Shown here: positions 8,793-17,923 of the stretch, piece after piece | Layout of the letters: every line of letters begins with the position of its first letter | Position numbering within the stretch: position 1 is the stretch's first letter | IMG/VR virus record: IMGVR_UViG_3300024346_000025 | Location: 7,197 to 71,196 of that record | Origin: a virus | Lineage: Duplodnaviria > Heunggongvirae > Uroviricota > Caudoviricetes | Reading direction: 5' to 3' (one strand) | Length of the DNA stretch: 64,000 bases | Translations under genes and position numbers: made by a program | Notes under the pieces: model-generated | What the model saw: the letters and a program-made list of their open reading frames with translations, nothing else | Told to the model about the DNA's origin: nothing | Database searches by the model: none

Positions 8793-9368
8793 ATGCGTTT
8801 ATTTGAGTTAGCAAACAACCAACCTAAGCACAGGACCGCCGTGTTTACGTTTGGTCGCTGCAATCCGCCAACGATTGGACATGAGAAGCTTGTGCAGACA
8901 GTACAGAATGTTGCACAGGCTAATGACGCTGATTCATTTATTTTTCTCTCACAAACACAGAAGAAGCCAAAGGATCCTTTGTCTTGGCAAGACAAGCTAA
9001 AAATATTTAAGATGATGTTCCCATCTGCAAACGTTTGGGAAGACCCTGCCATAAAGACACCCTTCCAAGCATTAGGTGAACTAGCTGAAGATTATAAGAA
9101 TATTATTCTTGTTGTGGGTGATGACCGAGCAGAGCAGTTTGCTTTGGGCATGGGCAAGTATGCAAAAGAGTGGGACGTGGAGAATTTCTCTGTTGTCTCG
9201 GCTGGTGGTCGCGACCCTAACGCTGAAGGTGTTGAAGGTATGTCAGCATCCAAAGCAAGGTCATACGTTGCAGCTGGAGACTTCCCTAACTTCGCTTCAT
9301 CTTTACCCAATACAATTTCCACAAAACAAAAGAAAGCTATCTTTCAACTCCTAACTAAATCTATGTAA
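8793..9368 (+). CDS. nucleotidyltransferase (HxGH / cytidylyltransferase-like fold); possibly NMN adenylyltransferase-like
   Basis: N-terminal FTFGRCNPPTIGHEKL resembles the G-R-F-x-P-x-H-x-G-H motif of archaeal-type NMNAT and related nucleotidyltransferases. Confidence 0.5.
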   Translation: MRLFELANNQPKHRTAVFTFGRCNPPTIGHEKLVQTVQNVAQANDADSFIFLSQTQKKPKDPLSWQDKLKIFKMMFPSANVWEDPAIKTPFQALGELAEDYKNIILVVGDDRAEQFALGMGKYAKEWDVENFSVVSAGGRDPNAEGVEGMSASKARSYVAAGDFPNFASSLPNTISTKQKKAIFQLLTKSM

Positions 9369-9372
9369 TGTC

Positions 9373-9401
9373 TTGACAAATCCTCATAAGTATAGTACAA
9401 T
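9373..9401 (+). promoter_or_regulatory. sigma70-type promoter TTGACA-17-TACAAT
   Basis: TTGACA 9373-9378; TACAAT 9396-9401; followed by AGGAGG (9411-9416) and the ATG at 9422. Confidence 0.55.
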
Positions 9402-9421
9402 AGTGTACTTAGGAGGTAACA

Positions 9422-9706
9422 ATGACAACAACTACACCAGCAACACCCCAAGCCCACATCCGGCATTACTCTCAGGATGACGTTAATCGTCTAAAACAAC
9501 TAGTGACAGACGGTTGCACTATCATGCAAGAGACTAAGGACTTGAATGACGGCTTGAGTGATACGATCAAGGCAATTGCAGAAGAGATGCAAATTTCACC
9601 TTCCGTACTAAAGAAGGTAATTAGGGTTGCCTTCAAGCGTAGTCGCGATGAAGAGCGCACGAAGTTTGAAGAACTAGAAGATATCCTAGACACGCTTGGT
9701 CTATAA
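9422..9706 (+). CDS. hypothetical protein (94 aa)
   Basis: Strong promoter and RBS upstream. Confidence 0.55.
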   Translation: MTTTTPATPQAHIRHYSQDDVNRLKQLVTDGCTIMQETKDLNDGLSDTIKAIAEEMQISPSVLKKVIRVAFKRSRDEERTKFEELEDILDTLGL

Positions 9707-9708
9707 AG

Positions 9709-9993
9709 ATGACTCACTTTATCCGAGACGTCTGGTCATTCTGGAAGGAAACTTGGCGCCTCGATAAAGTATTATTCTTTGCAGAGGCTATAGGCACATT
9801 CTGCGGCATGACTGCGGCAGCAACGATGGGACTGCAAACGCCCAACCCTGACCTACCAGTCATCTATGCATTTTATCTTGCAAGTGGCATGCTTTTAGCG
9901 TATACTAGTTATATACGTCGAGCATCTTGGATGGTAGTCCTCATGTCGTTTTATGTGCTGACAACAATTATTGGAATAGGAAAACTCTTTTAA
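9709..9993 (+). CDS. small membrane protein (94 aa)
   Basis: Hydrophobic segments AIGTFCGMTAAATMGL… and MVVLMSFYVLTTIIGIG; its stop TAA overlaps the polymerase ATG (TAATG). Confidence 0.45.
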   Translation: MTHFIRDVWSFWKETWRLDKVLFFAEAIGTFCGMTAAATMGLQTPNPDLPVIYAFYLASGMLLAYTSYIRRASWMVVLMSFYVLTTIIGIGKLF

Positions 9994-12962
9994 TGTATGT
10001 AGACGCGCTATTTTCAAAAAAGCAATCACAAGTAAAAGTGGTAGAACGTGTAGATGGTAAACGCATCTACAAAGACTATCCCGCCATATACGAATTCTAT
10101 GCAGAAGATCCTAAGGGTCGTTTCAAAGGTTTGCATGGCGAATCCCTAACTAAATTTTCATGCGGTTCTGATGCGGACTTCCGAAAGACAAAGCGCATGA
10201 ACAGCAACAAAAACCTTTTTGAGTCAGATGTAAAGCCCGTTAACAAGGTGTTAGAGAAGTATTATCAGCACACAAACCCTGCTGAGATGCACGTGGCCTT
10301 CTTCGATATTGAGACAGACTTCGACCGAGAGACAGGCTATAGCTCGCCTGAGGATGCCAGTAACGCTATCTTATCCGTGGCTGTTCATCTACAGTGGCTT
10401 GGTCAAACAGTTTGCTTGGCTGTGCCTCCCAAGGGTATGGACATGGAAGAGGCAAAGAAGATTGCTGACCGTGTTGGTAACACCATCATGTATTATGAGG
10501 AAGCCCATATGCTAGATGCGTTCCTCACACTAATTGAAGACGCTGATGTGTTGAGTGGTTGGTATAGTGAAGGATTTGATATCCCATACACCGTCAATCG
10601 CATTACGCGGATACTTGGTAAGGCTGAGACACGCAGGATGTGCTTGTGGAATGAACTGCCTGAGATGCGCATGGTGGCGCGCGGCGGTAAAGAATCACCC
10701 ACGTATGACTTGGTCGGTCGTGTTCACCTTGACTACTTGCAGCTATACAAAAAGTTTATTTACGAGCAGCGTCCAAGCTGGTCACTAGACGCAATTGCGG
10801 AACACGAACTGGGCGACTGTAAGGTGCCTTATGACGGTACACTAGACGCACTGTATAACAAGGACTTTGAGAAGTTCCTACGATACAACATACAAGATAC
10901 AGAACTGCTAGACAAGCTAGACAAAAAGTTGCAGTATATTGATTTGGCATGTAGCATTGCACACGGTAATTCGGTTGTCATCAAGGCAGCGATGGGCGCG
11001 GTAGCAGTTACAGAACAAGCGATTATTATAGAAGCGCATAACAGGAATGTAATGGTGCCAGATCGTGTGCGTGTTGGTGAAGATGATTTGCCAGCTGCGG
11101 GCGGATGGGTCCAGACCCCGAAAAAGGGATTGCACCGCTGGGTCGGTTCATCTGACTTGAACTCACTATACCCCTCAGTGTTACGCGCACTGAACATGAG
11201 TCCCGAGACCATTGTTGGTCAGGTTCGGCATGATGGCACTGACAAAGCTATACGAGATTTTATTGAGGCTGCGAAACGTAATTCATTTACGGAGTGGTGG
11301 AATGACCGCTTTAATACGTTGGAGATGGAACACTTCTTCAACAACGATAACGTGGAGCGTCTCACGCTAGACATGGCAGACGGGTCGTCGTGTGAGGTCA
11401 CTGGTGCTGAATTGCGCAAGCTAGTTTTTGAAAGTGGCAACCCATGGTGTATCTCAGCGAACGGTACGATCTTCCGCACAGACGTGGACGGCGTGATTCC
11501 TGGCTTGTTAGGTCGCTGGTATGCAGAGCGTAAAAAGCTACAAGCGATCAAGCGTGACTATGATGCGCTACAGGAAGGCGTACACGTTGACATACGCGCT
11601 GACGTTGCAAGCGACATTACGGAAAACTTAGAGCGCAAGCGTGAAGCTGGTGAGGTGTCGATTGTTAATGCGTTGGATCAGAATCAGGTGTTCAGTGTTG
11701 CGGCATTGAAGAAAAAGGCTGAGAGTAAGAATCCCGAAGACCTATATGCGTATATGCTCTCACACAACCTTGTGTTTGACAAGCAGGGTTTGGTTCACTA
11801 TGCAGATAAAGCGCAACTGAAAAAGATCATTGGCTTCTGGGATAAGAGGCAGTTGGTCAAAAAGATTAGCTTGAACTCATTGTATGGTGGGTTGTTGAAT
11901 GAGCATTGTAGGTTTTACGATCACAGGTTAGGTCAAAGCACAACGCTAACTGGTCGTACAATTGCACGACACATGTCTGCTAAGACGAATGAGATCATTG
12001 ATAATGTTTACGATCATACAGGGCGGTCTGTTTTGTACGGTGATACTGACTCAGTTTATTTTTCGGCGTATCCTATATTGAAGGATGAAATTGAAGCTGG
12101 CGAAATTGTTTGGAATAAAGAGAGTGTGGTTGAGCTTTACGATGTAATTGGTGAGCAGGTATCAGATTCATTCCCGCAGTTCCTCAGTGAGGCACTTAAC
12201 GTCCCGCAGAACAGAGGCAACGTTATGAAGTCGGGTCGGGAAATTGTAGCTGAGACTGCACTGTTTGTTACAAAGAAACGCTATGCTGCATTGGTATATG
12301 ATGAAGAAGGTAACAGACGAGACGTAGACGGCAAGGATGGTAAGCTAAAGATTACTGGACTTGATCTGCGCAGGTCAGACACACCTGTCATTGTGCAAAC
12401 ATTTTTGACTGAGGTGCTGAAAGATGTGCTTGCGCTTGTTGACGAAGAGACAATTATTGAGAAAGTGCGCAAGTTCAAACAGCAGTTTAGTGAGCTTCAT
12501 CCTTGGGAACAGGGGTCGCCGACGGCAGTAAATAATCTTACACGCTACACAGATGCGCTGGAGAAGTCCTTAGAGAACAAGTTTACGGAATTCAAAAAGC
12601 TATCTAAAACTGTAGCTAACACAGAGAAATTGTCGATTCCAGGTCATGTTATGGCAAGCATAAATTGGAATAGGCTGCGGGCTGTGCATAACGACTTGCA
12701 CACCGTAAAGATAGTTGACGGACATAAGGTGAACGTGTGTTGGTTGAAAGATGGCAACGACATGAGAATGTCATCTGTTGCGTATCCTGTAGAGGAACCT
12801 CATCTTCCTGACTGGTTCATCAATTTACCTTTTGACACAGACAGCATGATGCGGTCTAACGTAGATAAAAAGGTAGAAAATCTTCTTGGTGTGTTGGGTT
12901 GGGATTTGTCTAGAACAACACCCTCAGCCGCACACATGGAAACTTTGTTTGACTTTTCCTAG
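9993..12962 (+). CDS. family-B DNA polymerase (about 990 aa)
   Basis: Exo I FFDIETDFD near nt 10300; YGDTDS motif near nt 12040; KxxxNSxYG-like LNSLYG. Start placed at the ATG at 9993 (TAATG overlap), not the upstream ATG at 9927. Confidence 0.9.
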   Translation: MYVDALFSKKQSQVKVVERVDGKRIYKDYPAIYEFYAEDPKGRFKGLHGESLTKFSCGSDADFRKTKRMNSNKNLFESDVKPVNKVLEKYYQHTNPAEMHVAFFDIETDFDRETGYSSPEDASNAILSVAVHLQWLGQTVCLAVPPKGMDMEEAKKIADRVGNTIMYYEEAHMLDAFLTLIEDADVLSGWYSEGFDIPYTVNRITRILGKAETRRMCLWNELPEMRMVARGGKESPTYDLVGRVHLDYLQLYKKFIYEQRPSWSLDAIAEHELGDCKVPYDGTLDALYNKDFEKFLRYNIQDTELLDKLDKKLQYIDLACSIAHGNSVVIKAAMGAVAVTEQAIIIEAHNRNVMVPDRVRVGEDDLPAAGGWVQTPKKGLHRWVGSSDLNSLYPSVLRALNMSPETIVGQVRHDGTDKAIRDFIEAAKRNSFTEWWNDRFNTLEMEHFFNNDNVERLTLDMADGSSCEVTGAELRKLVFESGNPWCISANGTIFRTDVDGVIPGLLGRWYAERKKLQAIKRDYDALQEGVHVDIRADVASDITENLERKREAGEVSIVNALDQNQVFSVAALKKKAESKNPEDLYAYMLSHNLVFDKQGLVHYADKAQLKKIIGFWDKRQLVKKISLNSLYGGLLNEHCRFYDHRLGQSTTLTGRTIARHMSAKTNEIIDNVYDHTGRSVLYGDTDSVYFSAYPILKDEIEAGEIVWNKESVVELYDVIGEQVSDSFPQFLSEALNVPQNRGNVMKSGREIVAETALFVTKKRYAALVYDEEGNRRDVDGKDGKLKITGLDLRRSDTPVIVQTFLTEVLKDVLALVDEETIIEKVRKFKQQFSELHPWEQGSPTAVNNLTRYTDALEKSLENKFTEFKKLSKTVANTEKLSIPGHVMASINWNRLRAVHNDLHTVKIVDGHKVNVCWLKDGNDMRMSSVAYPVEEPHLPDWFINLPFDTDSMMRSNVDKKVENLLGVLGWDLSRTTPSAAHMETLFDFS

Positions 12963-12977
12963 AAAGTATGCTATAAT
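12949..12977 (+). promoter_or_regulatory. sigma70-type promoter TTGACT-17-TATAAT inside the polymerase 3' end
   Basis: TTGACT 12949-12954; TATAAT 12972-12977; drives the gene at 13004. Confidence 0.45.
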
Positions 12978-13003
12978 TAATCGTAATTGCAACAGGAGTA
13001 TTT

Positions 13004-13750
13004 ATGCTATCGGAAGTATTGACTGATATCCTTGACCATACACATGGCTTAGGATTTATTGAAGTGTTAAAGATCACAAAGGATGCAGCCAACAAGACAA
13101 AGTTGGAAGCAATGCATCACATGCGAGCGGTCGTTATGTATGGCGAACTAAAGACGCCACTAAGTGAGATCACTGACACAATTGGCCTATCTCGGATGGC
13201 GGTGCTACAAGGCTACTTGAAGTTCCCACCGTTCACCGCAGATAAAGCAACCATCGAAATCATCTCACAACAGAGAGCCGGTGTAGATACGCCTACAGAA
13301 ATCCAATTCACCTCACCCGACGGACACGAAGCAAATTATCGTTTCATGCACAAGGATGCGGTAGACAGTGAGATCAAGGTGCCTACATTCAAAGGTGCAA
13401 CATGGGATGTAACTGTGGTGCCTACGGCTGAGAATTTGAAGGAGCTATCTTATTTCAATGGTGTGCTTGGCGCGTATGAGCCTACATTCCTTGCAAAGAC
13501 AGATGGCACCGAGCTTAATCTTTACATTGGTAGTGGTCCTACTGACCGCGCTACTGTGCCGTTTGCTAAGGGTGTGTCAGGTTCATTAGCTGGTAAGTTT
13601 AGTTTCCCGCTAATTGAGACGCTGGCTATCCTCAAGCTTGCTGCAAAGGCTGATAACTGTACGATGAGTTTTAGCGACAAAGGTGTGTTGCGTATTCTCT
13701 TGTCAACAGCCGTTTGTAACTACGAGTTTATTATACCAGCGAAGATGTAA
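13004..13750 (+). CDS. possible sliding-clamp (gp45-like) protein (248 aa)
   Basis: Sits directly after the polymerase; size and beta-rich composition fit a clamp; C-terminal …CNYEFIIPAKM resembles, from memory, the T4 gp45 …ANYVVALEA tail. Weak similarity only. Confidence 0.4.
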   Translation: MLSEVLTDILDHTHGLGFIEVLKITKDAANKTKLEAMHHMRAVVMYGELKTPLSEITDTIGLSRMAVLQGYLKFPPFTADKATIEIISQQRAGVDTPTEIQFTSPDGHEANYRFMHKDAVDSEIKVPTFKGATWDVTVVPTAENLKELSYFNGVLGAYEPTFLAKTDGTELNLYIGSGPTDRATVPFAKGVSGSLAGKFSFPLIETLAILKLAAKADNCTMSFSDKGVLRILLSTAVCNYEFIIPAKM

Positions 13751-14187
13751 TGGAAGTTATAGATAAATTTGAAGGTGACTTTGCATTTTTATCTAACTTC
13801 TATCCGGCTGAAATAATATACAAAGGGATATGCTATCCCACGGTAGAACATGCATATCAAGCGGCAAAATCAGATGATCCGTCGGTGCGCCGTTTGATGG
13901 CACATCACAGTAATCCTGCGTTAGCTAAAAAGGCTGGCAAAGTTATAAGACTGCGCGAAGACTGGGAAGATGCAAAACTGGGTATTATGAAGGAACTCGT
14001 CGCACAAAAGTTTCAAAACCCCGAACTGCGCGCAATGTTAGATTTAACAGCAGGTTACGAATTGGTTGAAGGTAATTGGTGGGGCGATACCTACTGGGGT
14101 GTTTGCCGTGGCGAAGGTCTCAATTACCTTGGAAATATATTAATGCAGATTAGAGACATAAAAGGAAACGACAATGAGAACAGTTAA
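13750..14187 (+). CDS. NADAR / YbiA-like (DUF1768) domain protein (145 aa)
   Basis: FAFLSNFYPAEIIYKGICYPTVEHAYQAAK plus …GxNxLGNILMQIR are the hallmark NADAR motifs. Confidence 0.75.
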   Translation: MEVIDKFEGDFAFLSNFYPAEIIYKGICYPTVEHAYQAAKSDDPSVRRLMAHHSNPALAKKAGKVIRLREDWEDAKLGIMKELVAQKFQNPELRAMLDLTAGYELVEGNWWGDTYWGVCRGEGLNYLGNILMQIRDIKGNDNENS

Positions 14188-14259
14188 TGTAAATTTACTT
14201 GGCATTGGAAGAACAGCTGGACAATGTCAAACACAAAATACCTCGCATAAGGATACCGA

Positions 14260-15768
14260 ATGAAAGATTTATCAAAATTCAATCAAGACTACGCAACGTT
14301 CTTGCCTGCGGTCAGTGGATTTTACACAGAAATTTTAGGTAGAACCAAACACATAGACGGGTATGTTCCTGAGGGACGTGTGCCAGCAGGCTTTGAGAAT
14401 GGACTAGAGGGAATGAACTTTCTTGATCCAGATCAAGGATACTTCTTTTACGACAAGTGTCTTTACTCCGCTGGTCATGCGTATATGGACCTCGATCAAA
14501 CAGACAGACTAGAATGGATGATCCAGCATCGCGACCCGCGTGTTATGTGTCTTGGTGATTCGGGCGGATTCCAAATTGGTAAGGGCGTTATCAAATTTGA
14601 CTGGGAACGCTTTTACGAGAAGCCCGGTGATCTCGGTTATAAAGGCAAGGCAGATAAAGTTCGGCAAGAGATCCTAACGTGGCTAGAGCACACAGCAGAG
14701 TGGTCAATGATCTTAGACGTTCCGTCTTGGGCAACTACACGACCAGAGACAGGGCTGAAGAATTTTGAGGATTGCTTGAAGGCAACGCTACACAACAATG
14801 ATTATTTTGTAGAACACCGCGAAGGCAAGACTAAGTTCCTCAATGTGCTACAGGGTGTTCATCAGGAAGACGCTGACACATGGTATGAGGCGGTCAAAGA
14901 CTATCCGTTTGAAGGCTGGGCAATGGGCGGTAATACTTTGCGAGATGTGTCCATGTGTTTGCGCAGACTTATTATTATGCGTGACGAAGGCAAGCTTGAA
15001 GGCAAGGACTGGATGCACTTTTTGGGCACCTCACGTTTAGACTGGACAGTTATGTTGACAGCGTTGCAGCGTCAGTTACGCAAGCATTGTAACCCCAACC
15101 TCACAGTCAGTTTCGATTGTGCTAGTCCTTTTATTGCTACTGCTAACGGTCTTGTATACTCTCAAAACGTATTGACTAACGATAGGTTTAGTTATATAAT
15201 GGAAGGTTGCTTTGATGATAAATCATTAAAAGGCAGCACGATCCCGTTCCCGTTTGAGAGTGAGATCGGTAAGCGTCTTGTAGCTGGCGACATTTGCACA
15301 CTAGGTCCAGGTGACTTGAACAAGCGTGGTGATGTTGGTAAGACAAGCTGGGATAGTTTTAGTTACACTATGCTAATGGCGCACAATGTTTACGCACATA
15401 TACGGGCGGTACAGCGGTCAAACGCACTTGCAGACATTGAGTCAATTGAGTGTAACCCAGATTATTTGATGTGGCGTAAAGTAAAACGCAAAGACAAGTC
15501 TGCGGAACTTTCAAAATGGGTTCCACGTAACTTGCTTTACTTTAATAATTTTGTCGAGCGTCTATTTGATTCTCACAAGCCAATGACCATGATCGAAGAA
15601 GCTGGACCATTCTTACAAGACTTTAACAACAACCGAATTGAAGATGGTCATTCACCTCTGTTTAGGGACTTGTTCTCAGAAGAGGCTAGTGAGGCTGACG
15701 ATACAACGTATGATCGAGAGGATGATTCGTTGGATGGACTAGAAGAATTTATACGAAAGGAGACATAA
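14260..15768 (+). CDS. tRNA-guanine transglycosylase superfamily protein; DpdA-like DNA-guanine transglycosylase candidate (502 aa)
   Basis: LGDSGGFQIG matches the Tgt catalytic-Asp motif (DSGGFQ); VLQGVHQED resembles the Tgt GIVQGG region; sits beside QueD and QueE genes. No CxCxxC zinc motif seen. Confidence 0.55.
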   Translation: MKDLSKFNQDYATFLPAVSGFYTEILGRTKHIDGYVPEGRVPAGFENGLEGMNFLDPDQGYFFYDKCLYSAGHAYMDLDQTDRLEWMIQHRDPRVMCLGDSGGFQIGKGVIKFDWERFYEKPGDLGYKGKADKVRQEILTWLEHTAEWSMILDVPSWATTRPETGLKNFEDCLKATLHNNDYFVEHREGKTKFLNVLQGVHQEDADTWYEAVKDYPFEGWAMGGNTLRDVSMCLRRLIIMRDEGKLEGKDWMHFLGTSRLDWTVMLTALQRQLRKHCNPNLTVSFDCASPFIATANGLVYSQNVLTNDRFSYIMEGCFDDKSLKGSTIPFPFESEIGKRLVAGDICTLGPGDLNKRGDVGKTSWDSFSYTMLMAHNVYAHIRAVQRSNALADIESIECNPDYLMWRKVKRKDKSAELSKWVPRNLLYFNNFVERLFDSHKPMTMIEEAGPFLQDFNNNRIEDGHSPLFRDLFSEEASEADDTTYDREDDSLDGLEEFIRKET

Positions 15769-15983
15769 TGGATATCGAAAAGAAAATGCACCTAGAGATT
15801 AGTGGGTGGCAGGACTACGTAAAACTGGTTCGCACAAAGGCAACCGAAAAGTTTGAGAAAGGTATTCTCGACATTGGTATGGGAACGCACACCACATATT
15901 TCATCTTCACTTGCTATATGAATAGTGTGGAGCCGGAAGAGTGTGCTAAGATTTTGATGGACAAATTTCCCGAGGTCGAGTGA
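15768..15983 (+). CDS. hypothetical protein (71 aa)
   Basis: ATGA overlap with the upstream stop. Confidence 0.4.
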   Translation: MDIEKKMHLEISGWQDYVKLVRTKATEKFEKGILDIGMGTHTTYFIFTCYMNSVEPEECAKILMDKFPEVE

Positions 15984-16522
15984 TGGAACGCACATACGCA
16001 AACAGCAACGGCCCCACAACGCAAGCGACTTTCTTCTATGGCATCGAAGTAGAGAAGACACCTGCCTATGGTTTCCCTACGTTGTTTGTGGTTGGATTAC
16101 AACCAGTGGATCTTGTTTTACAGATGGCGCGCGCGAAAGCACAGCCGGAATGGGATAAGGGTAAGATCAAACACATTTATCTTGGAGCTAACCATAGCTT
16201 CAACCAAGATGAAGAATGGGCAACGCTGATTGATGCATTGTTACATGAGGGTTTTTGGGTAACGTTAGATTATCCTAGCCGTGTTCATAATTTTGTGATG
16301 CGCATACTCAATCAAGAAATGCGCCACAGTTGTTTTATTCCCATGATTTCTATTGAGATGCCAAACATTGAGGCGTTTAGTTATAATGCTGTGATAAAGA
16401 TTGATGATCAAGATATGGATTATTCCAACCCTGGTGTTTGGTGTCATCGTATACACAACTTAATGTCAGATGAAGCCTTTACTCATTGGAACGCATACAA
16501 AGATGATAAGTTAGCAAAATAG
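15980..16522 (+). CDS. hypothetical protein (180 aa)
   Basis: ORF in operon context between the dpdA-like gene and def; no recognisable motif. Not QueC (no SGGxDS) and not FolE. Confidence 0.5.
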   Translation: MMERTYANSNGPTTQATFFYGIEVEKTPAYGFPTLFVVGLQPVDLVLQMARAKAQPEWDKGKIKHIYLGANHSFNQDEEWATLIDALLHEGFWVTLDYPSRVHNFVMRILNQEMRHSCFIPMISIEMPNIEAFSYNAVIKIDDQDMDYSNPGVWCHRIHNLMSDEAFTHWNAYKDDKLAK

Positions 16523-17011
16523 ATGTATAAAATTCTTTATTGGCCAGATCAAAGGTTGCGGGACGTTGCTGATGAGGTGACGGATTTTGCTGCGGCTGAG
16601 GACATTATAGCGCGAATGTTTGAGACAATGTACGCTGACAAAGGTATCGGTCTTGCTGCTACGCAGGTCGGTATTCCCTTACGCATCTTTGTTATGGATA
16701 CGGGATTAGATAAAATTGCGTTTATAAACCCAAAGATAATTGAACGTAATGGTACGATAACTCAGATGGAAGGTTGTCTTAGTTTCCCTGGTATTTTTGT
16801 GCCAATTGAACGAGCTGAATCAATAACTGTTCAATATCAGCTATTGACATGTGAAACAATAGAGCGTATACTGTATGGTACAGAAGCACAATGTGTACAG
16901 CATGAGATAGATCATCTTAATGGAATTGTCTTTTTTGATTATCTCAAAACAACTAAGCGCATGATGGCTGAAAACAAATTACGCAAAAAGTTAAAGGCAT
17001 TAAAGAAATGA
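16523..17011 (+). CDS. def: peptide deformylase
   Basis: Three Def motifs: GIGLAATQ, EGCLSFPG and HEIDHLNG. Confidence 0.85.
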   Translation: MYKILYWPDQRLRDVADEVTDFAAAEDIIARMFETMYADKGIGLAATQVGIPLRIFVMDTGLDKIAFINPKIIERNGTITQMEGCLSFPGIFVPIERAESITVQYQLLTCETIERILYGTEAQCVQHEIDHLNGIVFFDYLKTTKRMMAENKLRKKLKALKK

Positions 17012-17550
17012 TTTTTAAGCGGGTATCGAAACAAAAAATCCGGGGCCAACGGTTTGATAAATTATTAGAGTGGCGGAGGACTTTTATAATTTGGCCGCGC
17101 CCTCTTGTACATTGGGGGCTGGCCAGTGAAGACTCATCAATAGAATGGGCGGTATTTCAGTTTGTAATGAAACGCAATACAAAATATGGTGTTGCCAAAG
17201 GCAATTATATTTCAACGCCATGGCCTTGGCGCAAGATATTTGAGTGGAGAATGGACGCCGAGTATACAACCGATAAACATCTTTTCCATGAACGACTAAA
17301 AGGTGGATCTGGGTCTTCTAACGATGATATGGAAGAAACTTCCCAGGTCATGTCTCATGTTGGAACTAGACCAATCAACGCTATCGCTGGTTCTACTTGG
17401 ATTGATACAACAACAGGTGATACATACATTTATGATGGCTACACATGGATTCGGCAACTATCTTATAAGCAACAAGCAACCGCGAATAAAATGATCGCTG
17501 CTATCAAACAGAAACACGCACAAAGGAGACCTAATGCGAGTACAAAATAA
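17008..17550 (+). CDS. hypothetical protein (180 aa)
   Basis: ORF overlapping the neighbouring genes by 4 nt. Confidence 0.45.
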   Translation: MIFKRVSKQKIRGQRFDKLLEWRRTFIIWPRPLVHWGLASEDSSIEWAVFQFVMKRNTKYGVAKGNYISTPWPWRKIFEWRMDAEYTTDKHLFHERLKGGSGSSNDDMEETSQVMSHVGTRPINAIAGSTWIDTTTGDTYIYDGYTWIRQLSYKQQATANKMIAAIKQKHAQRRPNASTK

Positions 17551-17920
17551 AAAGTTTATTTGGGTAACATTCCAGTGTGAGGGCATACATAAATATCCGG
17601 ACGCCCCCGAAGGTGTAGAATTTTTGCGTTATCCGCACAGGCACATGTTCCATTTCAAGGTTGAGCTGGAAGTATTCCATGATGATAGAGATGTGGAATT
17701 CATTTTGTTCAAGCGCGAGCTAGAAACATTGTATAGAGAGAGTACATTGCAGCTAGATAATAAGAGTTGCGAAATGATGGCTGAGGATTTGAACGAATAC
17801 ATAAGCCGCGTTTGGCCAGGTCGTGATCTCATTATTACAGTGAGCGAAGATGGTGAGAATGGCTGTACGTGTTACTATGCTAAAGACGAAGAAAAAATCC
17901 CACGCTTATATGAGAAATAA
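17534..17920 (+). CDS. queD: 6-carboxy-5,6,7,8-tetrahydropterin synthase (QueD / PTPS family)
   Basis: FQCEGIHKYPDAPEGVEFLRYPHRHMFHF aligns with E. coli QueD [24 protein letters not shown]; C-terminal ENGCTCYY resembles ETCTAGCIY. Confidence 0.65.
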   Translation: MRVQNKKFIWVTFQCEGIHKYPDAPEGVEFLRYPHRHMFHFKVELEVFHDDRDVEFILFKRELETLYRESTLQLDNKSCEMMAEDLNEYISRVWPGRDLIITVSEDGENGCTCYYAKDEEKIPRLYEK

Positions 17921-17923
17921 ATT

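Noticed and set aside
9927-9992. Upstream ATG (9927) as the polymerase start
   Set aside because: It would overlap the preceding membrane-protein gene by 66 nt in another frame. The ATG at 9993, overlapping TAA as TAATG, gives a typical translationally coupled start.
9993-12962. Intein or homing-endonuclease insertion in the DNA polymerase
   Set aside because: Length (~990 aa) and continuous polymerase-like sequence between the Exo and YGDTDS motifs. No HNH or LAGLIDADG block seen.
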